A stretch of DNA of 64,000 bases from Euprymna scolopes. Its lineage: Eukaryota. Each line of letters begins with the position of its first letter. Position 1 is the stretch's first letter. A program made the translations under genes and the position numbers. Below the pieces are notes generated by a model, which saw nothing but the letters and a program-made list of their open reading frames with translations, was not told the origin of the DNA and searched no databases. Below are positions 11,355-24,064 of the stretch, piece by piece. The DNA is taken from assembly GCA_053919585.1 (NCBI GenBank), contig CM132792.1; one strand, given 5' to 3'.

Positions 11355-12711
11355 TAGGCACCGCCAAAACTGTGGGGGCAGGTCAGTACTTTTTGACGGA
11401 CCGTCTTTTTAAAAATCTACCAAAAATCAGATAATTATCCATTCAATACGAAATTTTCAGCGATTATTAGGAGAAGAATGAACTTTATAACAGTGTACTT
11501 ATTTTTCATAAACGATATTTATATATATTTTTTTTTTGCTTACACCCCCCCCTTGTTTTGAAGTGGGAACAAATATGCTTAAAATAATCATCTGAAACTG
11601 AACACAAGATATTGTGTTGTTGTAAGGGACAGAATTATAGATTTAAAAAAAATGATAATAAATAAACTGTTTGCATACCTTATTTTGATGTCTGAATATC
11701 AGAATGCGATTGTGTTTAATTATCCCGCTTTTTAGTTTTGAAGTGTGAAATTCGGTGAATATGTTAAGTAAAATAATTAATTTAAGTTAAGCAAAACAAA
11801 AAAATTTTTTTTTTAATATTTATACGAAAAAAGGCATTTTAAAATTTTTGATAAATAAATTTACAATTTTTTTTCAGCGAGCCGAATAATGCATGACCAT
11901 TATTAAACAGGGCATGCTTTGAATAATCGATACAAAAAAAAAAATTCGATAAATATTGTGCCCTTTGTGTTAAAAATAGCATCATTTTTTTCGATCCCGT
12001 TTGAAAACGTTTGCTGCCTTTCGACTACGGTGGACCAAACGCGCTGAAATAATTTTTTTTATTCTGCTTTAAATTGCCCCCCCCCCCCCCACCATTTTGG
12101 GGAGCCTGGCCCCCACACACATACACATTAAAAACCAAACTCATACAAATGGTCACCCATCTGGTACTGGCCAGCCTCAGCTTAATAATACATTGAAATT
12201 TTCGTCACTGAAAAATAAGTTTTTTTGGCCTGTTTGGTCTTCCATAGTTTTCGTCTTATCAAACGCAAACGTAAACAGTGTCGATCTAGACTCTAGATCG
12301 ACGCGAAATATCTGGTTACCTATATGAATAAGTGGAATTATTTGAAATTCAGGTACTTATATTATAATATTTTTGCATATTCTCTTAGAAAATCACCCTA
12401 AATCTTAGTTAGACAATAAATAAATGAATTAATTATTTCAAAAACCTTTTTTTTTTAAAAATATTTATGTACGTTTTTTGTGCAAGACAAAAAATGTCAA
12501 TTGTTAACTTTTGGGGAAAATTTAACATTTAAAATTTAATTAAAAATAGTAGAAAAAGTTTTACATTATTCTGTTTTCTATATGATAAAATTCAGGGTTT
12601 TATCTTTCTAGAAAAAAAAAAGTTACTCAGAAATAATGGATTTTAATAAATGTAATTTCGTTTTAAAAAACAACAACAACTTGATTTTGCGGCCATTTTT
12701 GGCGGTGCCTA
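11355..12711. mobile_element. Non-autonomous TIR DNA transposon (1357 bp)
   Basis: Perfect 15-bp terminal inverted repeats taggcaccgccaaaa ... ttttggcggtgccta around AT-rich non-coding DNA. Flanks ggctg/ggcta, TSD ambiguous; superfamily not assigned. Confidence 0.8.
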
Positions 12712-13335
12712 GGCTAATGTATTAAAGGCTAAATAAAATATTTACTTGGAAATGGTTGATGGATAAAAAGATAGATTTTAGAAAAATAAATCTGATTTCA
12801 TGATGTCATCCATTTGCAAGTAAATATATCTACTAAAAAAAGCACTTTAATTAATCATAAATATATAATTTCTCATATTTAAGAGAAAAAATTGTGGAAA
12901 CCATAAAATGGCTTCTGTTCAAGTATATGTGTGTGCATCATGTCAAATCAAGTTGAAAGGAGGAAAGAAAATCAAGATGGCAGTGCCCACAACTTTTATA
13001 ACTAGCGATATCACAAACTGACTCAAAATCCCACTGCTCGACTGCATAAAATTAGGCTTCATAGAGAACGCAGACTGACGGTTGTATGAGAATCCTCGGA
13101 GAATGTTGTTACTGAGTCACTTTGTTTTCTTGCTTTTTTTTTGCTTGTTTTTTTTTTTTTGTACTTTCGTTTTTGTTGTACAAGCTATTTTTGGCAAATT
13201 TTATGGACAAATATGACATGAGTTGATTTCTGAATTCGAAAGATTCCTTGCTGATCCCTCCGCTATTGAATGGTTTGAAAAAGCTAAACGTGTTACCAGG
13301 CTGTTCAACTTATAAGAACCCATACCCAAAAGAGT

Positions 13336-14912
13336 ATGGCTCCATGGAAGCGTTCACTGCCAACGTAGAAGTGTGCGCACAAACGCTAAGACAATGATGG
13401 TGATGAGGAGAGGATGTGTCACTTCTGAATTTTTGAAAGGCTTTTGTCTCTGTTGCGTCTGCACTAACATTTTTTGGACTTCAGTTTAGTATGCAAGGAT
13501 CCGGTGTGACTAAAAGATGGAGCAGGAGTTCTGGGCTTGCAGGTCTGGAAAGAAAACAACATCCTCCAACGGAAACAAGGAAATCAGATTCCGGTAATTC
13601 CCGGTGTGCTGACATGTCGGTGTGTGTTTTCCCTGTGTGGGAAACTTGTTTGTCATTTTTCTGTGTGTGGATGGTCACAGTCAAGCGCCTGACGACTGCA
13701 GCAACCAAGGGATGGGAGGATGACATCAAACACCCCGATTTCTGTCACATATTATTGGAGATGCTGAGCAGGGTACAAGAGCAGGACCCTGTTAAAGGAG
13801 ACTGGAGCAGGAGCGGCAGCAAGATTACAGTCTGGCTAGATGTGAGTTCCATAGCTACAGGAATGGCATAGAAGGCAAGCGGTAATGTCATCGAAGTACA
13901 ATGTTGGCTGTGTCTGACCAATGATTCTAGGCATATAAATTTAGCTGAGCTTGACGTGATGCTCAGAGTGGGAGGAGCAACTGAGCCCTCGAATTGGTCA
14001 ATCATTTGGTGTGTATGCAACGGTGGATTTCTGACACCCTGTCCAGGAAGGCATGGGTAAATACAAAGGCTGCTTGTGAGATGCTGGTTAGGCAACAGTT
14101 ATGAACCATGCAATCTAGTGAAAGAGTATGAATTGACCATGGTTGAATTGACCATGGATGTGATGGATGTAAGAAGACCTTTTCACCAGATTACTGCTAA
14201 AGGAAGGAGGATCCGTGCTTGAAAGATGTTCACTAGTGGAAGGAGGACTACACCAAGACCATGTAGTCAATCTCCATTATCAAAGCGGACATCCGGGTGT
14301 GAATGAACTCTGTACTTTGTCAGTTTAATTGACCCACAAGTGTCCAACGAGAATATGAAATCTGTTGTAAAACCCTGTGAAATCTGTCAGCTAATCGATC
14401 TGGCACCTGATCGCTGAATAACATGGAAAGTAAATGCGAAAAGCAAAACTGAAGCAGACTGGCAGTGGATATAACTCACTACAACAGCAAAACTTTTTTG
14501 ACACTTGCGGTCCATCTAGGTTTGCATCTTACAATAAGAAAGTGTCTTCCTTGAACGAGGCTCACTAATGAAGATACTAATTTACAATTGCATTGCATTT
14601 GCTAGTGAGGAGTTCACGAGATTTGTGGATAGTTGGATTGTGCATCTGTAGTTTTGACATGCCTGTTCGGTGAGTGGGCACAGGATCATCGAACAAAACA
14701 ACCGGCAAGACTGCTGGTATAACTTCACCCAAACGATGACGTTTCACTTTCCACAGCACCAGCCAATGCATTGCACAGGTACCATGTAAGGAATTGTTTG
14801 GGTTAAAAACTTGCATGGCAGGTGTATGACAAGATATGTCATACACCTACAGATATATATGCATCACTGAGATATTCAGCTTGTGATTAGTGTGGGTTGT
14901 TGGTGTGCTCCG
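13336..14912 (+). mobile_element. Decayed Gypsy-type pol remnant, family B (RNase H + integrase)
   Basis: Broken frames give VKR...TKGWEDD...RVQEQDPVKGDW...VWLDVSSIATG, WLCLTNDSRHINLAELD (RNase H-like), GHPGV...TLYFV...VVKPCEICQLID (zinc-binding), RLAVDITHY and AFASEEFTRFVDSW (DDE core). Confidence 0.78.
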
Positions 14913-15075
14913 TCACTTTAAAGTTTTATGACCAGCGATGCAATTGCAATCATCATTTGATGATAAAAGCGAATCAGATTCTGAGACAGTGAGCTATCAC
15001 TTTGGTTTAAGCCAGCTCCATCAGTCAGTGATTTAGATATTAGCAGCCTCCTGGGACAGTCGGGACTCCCTGCTC

Positions 15076-15123
<48 letters not shown>

Positions 15124-15226
15124 TTATATATAGATAGATAGATAGATAGATATATCTCATCTACCTCCTTGCCAGAAGACAACAACAAGACTATTGTAAC
15201 ACTGATTTATATCTTAAATCTATTAT

Positions 15227-15304
<78 letters not shown>

Positions 15305-15971
15305 TATACATGCATGTTTTCTTACCTTATAATACAATGTTGGGAAGAAGAAAGAATTCCAAATAGATGTGTAATTTCTTATTTTTTCTTGAACTCAGAG
15401 TCACCTGGGTTAGTTAAACTGGTTCCTTCAAATGCATTTACTGCATCTTACACAAAAGCTGACCAAGGTTGGCAATCCATTGTTGGCAATAATTTTTTAA
15501 CACTTTCAACAGCCTGTCACAGTTCCAATGGCGAATACCATAGATTGACAAACTTGGAATCAGTTCAGTATCTTGTTGAACGTTTCTAAGCCACTTTTTA
15601 AGCTGGCTGCTGCATCATTCATCAAACCTTAAGGAGGAACCGGTTGATGGCTTCTCTAATGGAGGCTTCTCTTGCTGAAAGTGGTGGGTGTGACCAGCTC
15701 AATGAAGATGATTATGTGGCACTACGTTCAGACTGACATCAGTCAGTCAGGACACACACAGGATGCGACACACACAGCAATGACGTGTGATGCAAGCATC
15801 ATCACTGCGTACAAGAATAAGTGTTACCATGGTGACTGCAATAACTACTGTGGAATTTTTCTCCTTAGTTTTATTGGAAAAATCTTTGGTTGAATCGTCC
15901 CCAACAGCCTGCAGTTGCTTACAGAGCATGTATATGTGAGTAACAATATGAGCTTATAACAAGAAGATCAA

Positions 15972-17000
15972 CTGTCGACATTACTTTTGTTTTGCCTATG
16001 AGAGTTCCAGGACAAAATGTTACAAACATAGGCAATTGCTGTACATCACCTTCATCGACCTGACTAAAGCCTTTGACCTTATCACCATAAAATGACATTT
16101 CATTTGTTCAAGAAAATTGCATGTTACTTCAGACTCCTAAATGTATCACATTTATTCATAAGGACATGCAGTACAATACGATGACTCTTTCAAAAACCCT
16201 TTCCCAATCAAGAGTGAAACAGGGTTGTACAATTGCTTCAACAGTCTTTAGCATCTTCTTTTTTCTGCTGTTTTCCTACACATTCAACAAGTCAGAGGAT
16301 GGAGTGAATCTCCATACCAGAGACAGTGGCAGAATTTTCAACCTTCGTCACGTTTTAACTAAGAACAAAATGCATGACGTGAAATATATGTGAGATGCTC
16401 TTTGCTGATGATGCAGCGCTGATGAGACACTCTGCTGAATCATTGCAGTGACTCATCCATTGCTTTGTGCATGCATGTAAAAGACTAACATCTTTGACCA
16501 ATATGTATGCATTAACCTAAACATCAATATTGAGGCCGTCAAAAAATGTACATACATCGGCTCCAATGTATCCAGGAATATCTCTCTGGACGAAGAAATC
16601 ACCAAACATTTAAGCAAATTAGCAACAAATATGGCTAGCTTGATAAAGAGTGTCTCAAACAACAATATGCAAATCAACAATACTCAGCAAACAGCTCTAG
16701 CAGGACAACATCTCAAAGAAAATCATCTTTGATCAGGCAAATAACCCGTCCATATTTGCTCTGCTTACCTAACAACGACTTTGGCAGCTTTGCTGTGCCA
16801 GGCAAAAAGATACTGAGAAGAGCCGAAAGGATCTTCTTTATAGTGAGATCATATTAGATCAGTAGGAAATCATGTCATACGCTATAAGGATGTTTGTAAG
16901 CAAGACATAAGGGTAGTTGGCATCGACCCAGCAGGCTGGGAGTTTGCAGCTGCTGAAGAAGAGCTGTAAAGACACGTTCCAAGAGGAGTGAAAAGAGGAG
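15972..17000 (+). mobile_element. RTE-clade LINE reverse-transcriptase remnant (unit 2)
   Basis: LYITFIDLTKAFDL (~16040-16080), RVKQGCTIASTVFSIFF...SEDGVNLHTRDSGRIFNL and EMLFADDAAL: RT motifs of RTE/BovB-like elements, broken by stops and frameshifts. Confidence 0.87.
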
Positions 17001-17799
17001 AGACCAGCAGAGGAGAGAGAACACATATTGCACAGATTGCAACTCTTACATCTGTGGCGTCTGTAACTCAGCCTGTCAATCCAAGATAGGCTTGCATGTT
17101 TCAGAAGATGCTGCAATTTACCAACAGACGAATCTGAGGTGCAGAACACCATTGTCTTCTGAAACAGATGGATGCAAACAAAAATGCTCGATGATGTTCT
17201 GTCATATCCGTCCATCAAGACAAGGTTGGGAATATGGACATGACCTTATCAATTGTGAAAAAAGCGGAAGTTACAAATTTAGTTCGATTTAGAGATGAGT
17301 CTAAAAAATGTGATTAAAACAAGAAATAACGATGCAGAAGAGCAACAGATTCAACTCATTTATTTACATATCAAATTATATTCCTCACATGTGTAACTTG
17401 ATGTTAATTACACTCATTAAAGATGTGGAGGGTGTTGAAGTCTTTGCTGAGAATTCATATATCTACCATTTCCAAAACTATGTAATGTGTAATGCTGCTT
17501 TGTGGTAGATATTAATATTATGTGGATAGTGCAGCATCAGTAGGATTGAGAAATAGAAAATCTACAAAGCAAAAAGTCAAAATCTGAATAAGACAACAAA
17601 AAACAAAACAACAACAAAACGATAATTAGTTAAACAATGGAATGTTTTTCTCTTCGCAATTTTTCGTAGAACAGTTTTTGAAGTTTCAACCTTGGTCCTA
17701 TCATCGCACAGAATTTGTTTGGGTGTAGAAAACAGATGACCACACAACAAGAACGCTCCTTGTTCAGCCATGTTTAATGTTTGTGGTGAGTCGCTACAG

Positions 17800-18865
17800 T
17801 ACCCCACTATTAGACAGAATGTCGATAGGAAAGCAAAAACTGTTATGTAGTATAGTTAGTGAATCGGTGAGGACATTGATATGTCTGCCTGACCTGGTAG
17901 ACTGTGTTGGTTTAGGTGAGACGCCGTTGCTGAAATAAACTGTATGCGTAGGCTACGTTGGTTTCTGACTTGTGGTATCGTCGTGGGCTTTGTGTAACGT
18001 GTCTGAAGAATACCGTGCACTCCGTCATTCTGGATAATTACATGAGTCCATGTGTTAATATTCTGGGGAACATGAGTAGTGACATTTTTGTGGTCTGGCT
18101 TTAATATTCAGAAGTTTTGCCATTTATTCCTTCACGCGAGAGGTGTAGCTCATTGGGTATGGCATCTGCTCTGGTGTAGCTGGTGTGTCCATCTCTCTGG
18201 GTAAGGTCAGTGAGGTTCCGTAAACCATTTCGTTGGAAGACAAGCCGATGTCCATTTTAACAATCGATTGAATACCGAGAAGCACAAAAGGCAGGCATTC
18301 TATCCATCTGATGGGGTCAGAGTATGCTTTAAGACATGCTTTTAACTGTCGAGGCAAGGTGCTAAATCATGCCGTTTGCTGTTGGGTGATAAGACATAGT
18401 GCATATGTTTCTGCATCCAAGCAGGCGGTACAGCTCGAAAAAAAGATGTGAGTCAAATTGTCAGTTGTAATGGTATTAGGTATGCCATAACGGGATATCC
18501 AATGTATAATGAGTGCTTTGGTGACAGTTTAAGCAGAAATATCTCTAATCGGGAATGGCTTCAGGCCATCTCGAATACCTGGTGGATGTGGACCCATTAT
18601 GTCTATGTGGATAAGCTGAAAACGAGCCTTGGGGGTTAAAAACGTTGCAGGAGGACTCTAAATGTGACGTTGAATCTTGGACTTCTGGCAAGGAAGACAA
18701 CCCCGTGTCCATTCTCGTATATCTCGATTGATGGCAGTCCATACAAAACGTGACATCACCAATTTCTTAGTCAAATGGACGCCAGGATGTGACAGACTCT
18801 GCAGCTTTGTAAACACAACTCGCTTATGCTTGAGGGGCACATATGGACGCTCGTGACCATATCAC
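17800..18865 (-). mobile_element. Gypsy integrase remnant, family A (unit 2)
   Basis: SLSHPGVHLTKKLVMSRFVWTAINRDIREWTRGCLPCQKSKIQRH (integrase zinc-binding region) plus the RQLKA...LPFVLLG core. Confidence 0.85.
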
Positions 18866-19538
18866 TTCATTGGAGAAACGTAAAGAAAATTGCTTGAACA
18901 TTAGGTTTAGCGATCCTGTTGCAGTTTCAAATCACTACCCTTTTTTTAATTCCCCCCCCTTTTCATCATCGATTTCGCTACACATGTCGGAATTCAAATA
19001 TATCAAACAAAACGCCAATAATTCAGGCAATTGACTTTTTACTTTTTAGACGACTGATGCTACCAGTCACGTTGACCGAATCTTCCAGCCAAAGGATTTC
19101 CAACAGTGGCAGCCGTCTTAGCAGCAGGTCAAACATCTCTTATAAGGTCTAAACAACCAGCCCTTATCAAGGCTAATAAGTTTTTCACTAATGCGATTCA
19201 CTACTGCTTGCCTTCTGAGACCCACCAGCAGAACACTTCACTTTCACCTCTGGCCTGCAACCTCGTTCCTCCGATCTGCAACCTCGCATGCACCTGGTTC
19301 CCTACTGACCATTCGTTCCTTATCACTGACCCCACGTCCTCACTGTCGTCCATTCCTTAACACTGACCCCACATTCTCAGTGTCCACTGACCATTCCAGA
19401 TCGCCCTGACGGCCAGCCGATCGTCCAGACCCAGCGAGAAACCCTAAACCAGAGTACCTGGTCCAGCCCTCCAGACCAAGCCTCCGGTAACATGCGACCT
19501 TCCGGACAACTAGCATCCAGCTCATATAATTTTTCGCA

Positions 19539-19728
19539 TTTTTTTTTTTTTTTTACCACTTATCAAGACTAAGAGGCCACTACAGGATAACGGTTAAAAA
19601 GTGTACAGTAGAAATTGGACAATATAGTAATCGTTAGTAAATGGAAATTCGGTAAATTTGTTAACAAGTGAAACGGCTAATCAGGAACTTGTTTACGTTA
19701 GGCTTGAAGACAATCATATTGTAGTCAG
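19539..19728 (-). mobile_element. CR1-like LINE 3' fragment (unit 2)
   Basis: Paralogous to 5911-6110; flanks atttttcgca / atttcttcgca. Confidence 0.75.
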
Positions 19729-19933
19729 ATTTCTTCGCAAATAAAAGGCGAACCTTCGCCTTTAACCAAACAACCTGTGTCGGTCATTCTCCTTTCCTTT
19801 TTGCTTTTTACTTTTGCCCGTGTCTACATTGTTAGTTGTAGGGTCGATTGTCCCAGTATAACCGGCCCCGCAGCAATCCAATTCTTTGCATCCTATTGAT
19901 TTCGCTCAAACTCCTTAAGCGCCGCGCTATTTG

Positions 19934-19937
<4 letters not shown>

Positions 19938-20013
<76 letters not shown>
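19938..20013. repeat. (TA)n microsatellite (paralogues ~33979, 47100, 59452)
   Basis: Direct reading. Confidence 0.95.
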
Positions 20014-20017
<4 letters not shown>

Positions 20018-21810
20018 CACTAGCATTTTCTTCCAATAATAAACTTTTAGCTTAATTGAGTTTATCTCTATTTTTATCACAAGTATTTTTATATCTTTCA
20101 ATAAATCAGTTTTAGTTGGATCGAGTTTATAGATTTGAAAATTGTAAAATTATTTATTTTTACTTAAATTTTACTTGAATTGTGAATCATTAATTAATTT
20201 AAATTTAAATCGTTTAATATCGTTTAATATATATAATTTAGCCTTTTCATCGAATTAGTAACTAAAATAATATTTTGAATTATGATGCGAGATGAATTAC
20301 TTCCCTTTAACCGTTTCTTTAAGTTATTTTAAATAATTTAACTCGCCTCTTTTTTTTTTTTAATGACGAAGTCGGTATTTCATGTTTTCAGCGTTAAGTG
20401 CTGACATAAAATAAAAAGAATAATTTTTTTGTCACTTGATAATGATGTATATATCGGCAAAAGTATGGGCTGAAATCAAATATTAATAATAAATAATATT
20501 ACATTATATATTATATTCGCACATAATCGGGCCAGAAATCTTCAACTCGCATAAGGCCTGGAGGTGGAATCAGCTGAGTTTGAATGAGGGTTAATCAACA
20601 AATTTATCGAATATGTAATAAATGTTTTAATCGTTTAACCTTAGCTTAAAATGCCAAGAAAAGTTGAGAAACTCGGCACCCGACATAAACATGTATTCTA
20701 GCTAGTATCGATTGATCGATCGATGCCTCCGTTCAGTCTCAAGAGACAATGGACACCCCTATAAGGTAGCTGCACATGGAATTGGGAGGCAAGGCTACGC
20801 AATCTTAAGAGTGACGGGAACAATGGCGAGATAAGCGAAGAACACACACAGCATCTGGAAATGCTAAATGGTCAATCATAATTATGAAACAGATTTGAAT
20901 CAAAATTGATATAAGGATTCTAGACGTAAATGTTCAGTTGCATTATTTAATCATTTTTTATCTTCGTAAGGGACCATACATAACTTGACTTCACGGAATA
21001 AAAACAGAGCCGATCCAAGACAGCAGACCGAGTAAATACACGGGCTCAATATCACGCCAGATAGATTTTTATAAACAAAATTGGATTATCTTAAAACTTT
21101 ACTTCAATTTCAAAGTCGAATATCATGGATGAAAAAAGTCACGTTTAAAACATTTTCAATCCACGTAACGTAAAAACCACTCCACGAGCTGACGCCGTGC
21201 TAAATAAATTGAATAATAATTTAAAAAAAAAAAAAAAGCGTTATAATTCAATTCTGGTTTGTTTGAGCTTACATTCAAATGTATAGAGACGTGTGGAATG
21301 AAATACAAACCTGACGTTCGGATCAACTGTGAAACTGCAGCAAAGCTAAGAAGCATTTAATCTTTAAAAATATTTTAGCAAATTATTAATTTAAAATCAA
21401 ATATCTATTCTGTTTCTATTCTCGGCCAAAGAAGGAAATATTCTTCTAGATTAAGAAATTTAGTCCCTTTTTCTAAGCTGAATTTTTCCCTACAATAAAA
21501 CACATTCCATTTTTAACTGCTTTGATCGCAAGGCAAGTATATACTACTATGTAAGCATTCGATTTTTTCGACGGATTTTGTTTAATATGTATTGATTGTA
21601 AATTTTGGAAATAAGTTATATTTTTTGATTAATCATGCGTTTTTTAAAGCTTTCTTCACCATTTTTAAAAAAATTTCTTCGTCTCTCTTTATCCCCCCTC
21701 TCTCTCTTTCTCATATTCCTATCTCTAGCTTCTCTCTTCTCCCTCTCTTGCTTTCTGTTCCTTTTCCCTCTTTCTCCTTTTTCGACGCGCTATTCGTTTT
21801 AACCACATTA

Positions 21811-22388
21811 CGTCCAAGGATGGAATACTGTTGCCACATCTGGCAGGAGCTGCTAGAAAGGACTTGGCCTGCCTTGATAGAATTCAAAATAGACTTCGTA
21901 GCCTCGTAGGAGATGTCCTTTTCTCTTCCTTGGAACCTCTATCTCACAGAAGAGATGTTGCGAGTTTGTCTCTGATGTATCGTTATTTTCATGGAAAGTG
22001 TTCGACTGAGCTTCAATCTATGGTCCCCCCTCGCCAAACTTTCACAAGAAACACTCGTCTAGCTGTAAACACTATCAATAATTCCCCCCACTCTTTATCT
22101 GTGCCTAAACCTAAACGTAGATTCCATGAACAAAGCTTCTTTCTTAGAACTGCGCGCCTGTGGAATTGTCTTCCGTTTTCCTGCTTTCCGGCTGACTACA
22201 ATATGGTTGTCTTCAAGTCTAACGTAAATAAGTTCTTGATGAGCCGTTCCATATAAGTTATAAAATTTACCAAAATTTCATTACTAATGATTACTATATT
22301 GTCCAATTTCTAATGTACACTCTTTAACCCTTATCCTTGAGTGGCCTCTTGGCCTTGATAATGTGGTGATGCCTATGTAAAAAAAAAA
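21811..22388 (+). mobile_element. 5'-truncated CR1/L2-group LINE insertion (ORF2 C-terminus, 3'UTR, A-tail) ~440 bp upstream of copy 2
   Basis: Encodes RPRMEYCCHIW/AGAARKDLACLDRIQNR...LSHRRDVASLSLMYRYFHG...FFLRTARLWNCLP...FKSNVN, typical of invertebrate CR1-like ORF2 ends (1-nt frameshift after HIW). Ends in an A-tail, flanked by atta/atta. Absent at the equivalent site of copies 1, 3 and 4. Confidence 0.88.
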
Positions 22389-22825
22389 ATTATCTCTAAT
22401 TCCTTCATCCTCCTCTTCCTCACCACTCTCCTCCTACTCCTCTCTCTGTCTTTCTCTTTCGCCTTTTTCTTTCTCCTCCTCCTCATTCTCATATCATAAA
22501 AACCTGTTTCCTCTTCTCAATTTTCTCCTTTCTCCCCCCCCCTCCTCCTACTTTCTCTCTTCACTTCTCTCTCACTCTCTTGACCACTCTCTTTGTTAAT
22601 CATTTACGGCATTCGCTTCCTCCCACTACTTCTCTTATCATTAGCTGTTTTTATTCGAGACGCCAAGTCATTTTCTGTTTGAGACGCTACTCAAAAGATA
22701 CACGCTACCATAACAAGTAAACAAGATCCACAGTGATTAACTTTTATTTTAATTAATAAGTGAGAAAAGACCTTTTGGGCTATTCTTTCGCAAAAAAGTT
22801 TTAAAAAAAAAAAAATTATTTCAAA

Positions 22826-24064
22826 ATGGACGCTCCAAAGATCCAGAAAAATAAGGATCAGGTTAGAAAAAAGAAAGATGTTAAAGTGAACGCTTCACGC
22901 GTCCAGAAAAAAAATGGTCGTGTTAAAAAGCCCCTGAATGCTTATTTCGTCTGGTGCAAACAGTTCAGAAAACAAATACGTGAACAAAATCCGACCATCA
23001 CCATTATTGAAGCCAATGCCCTTCTCGGGAAAATATGGAGTGAAATGTCAGCGGAACAGAAAAAACCTTACTTCAAAGAGGCAGAACTTATCAAGAAACA
23101 ACACCAATTAGATTATCCCGATTTCGAGTTTAAGTCGAAACCACGTGTTAAAAACCCCAACAGGTTCCATGCCTACCCCTATCAACAACATGTGGTGTAT
23201 TACATACAAACGCTGCCAAGCAAAGATAGAATGCCTCAGGAATATTTTCATGAATCCACTTTCTTTGAGGTAACAAACAAAGCGGTAACTCAAGAAAATT
23301 CTCCTCACGTGCTCGGTACAGATGAAAGCATCAGATCCACGTTTTCTGAAATGCCATCCGAGACACGCGAGAATCTTTCCAACAAGAACAGCGTATGTGT
23401 TCCGCTACCAGAGACCGAACTCGACAAGGAGTCACCGGCATTCAGTAATGAACACCTATACAAAAGGCAGTCGAAATACAATCCCGTACTCATGACGGCT
23501 GGTCAAGACAACGATAGAGAGGTGATGGAATTTTCGTCTGCTCACTCCAAATCAGAGAGCATTTCTGTAACGCTTCCTCACGCACCTGAGCAAAACGGGG
23601 TTTATTTTCATCCTGAATGTTACGGTCATGAATGCAATAATAGTAAGTCACAAAATTTTACAGCTTTAACTTACTCGCAAGCTAAAAATAAACTAATGGA
23701 AAAGTTTCAATTCTTAGACGAGAATTCGCCTATAAATACACCAATATGCAACGCAAATATTTTTCTTGGTGTTGAGAACGATAAAAATACGACGTTTTCT
23801 GAAGAAACTCTTGAAGAAGCCCAACATCTCACTTTTGTTGAAGATTATATTATCAATGCAACACTAAATACCGAGGAACATATCAACGAATGCACCGAAA
23901 TGTTCCCCAACACGAAATCTGATATTTTGAACGATGACGATTTCGAATCCCTTAATTGTCTGGAAGATTTGGTCTCGACTTTCTGCTTAGGTGAAGATTT
24001 CCCATCTACAATGTTTTGGAACGAAGAAGGTATTAATTTGGAAGACTTTGCAGAACTGTTGTGA
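22826..24064 (+). CDS. Intronless Sox/SRY-like HMG-box transcription factor, copy 2 (412 aa)
   Basis: Full ORF, 12 aa differences from copy 1; HMG box begins RVKKPLNAYFVW. Confidence 0.92.
   Translation: MDAPKIQKNKDQVRKKKDVKVNASRVQKKNGRVKKPLNAYFVWCKQFRKQIREQNPTITIIEANALLGKIWSEMSAEQKKPYFKEAELIKKQHQLDYPDFEFKSKPRVKNPNRFHAYPYQQHVVYYIQTLPSKDRMPQEYFHESTFFEVTNKAVTQENSPHVLGTDESIRSTFSEMPSETRENLSNKNSVCVPLPETELDKESPAFSNEHLYKRQSKYNPVLMTAGQDNDREVMEFSSAHSKSESISVTLPHAPEQNGVYFHPECYGHECNNSKSQNFTALTYSQAKNKLMEKFQFLDENSPINTPICNANIFLGVENDKNTTFSEETLEEAQHLTFVEDYIINATLNTEEHINECTEMFPNTKSDILNDDDFESLNCLEDLVSTFCLGEDFPSTMFWNEEGINLEDFAELL

Noticed and set aside
22916-23146. Calling the gene TCF/LEF/pangolin or HMGB, or assigning the symbol Sox30
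   Set aside because: KKPLNA is TCF-like, but there is no beta-catenin-binding N-terminus or YPGWSARDNY motif. It has a single box with a Sox-type tail, unlike HMGB. The SoxH resemblance is limited to part of the box and needs a phylogeny.
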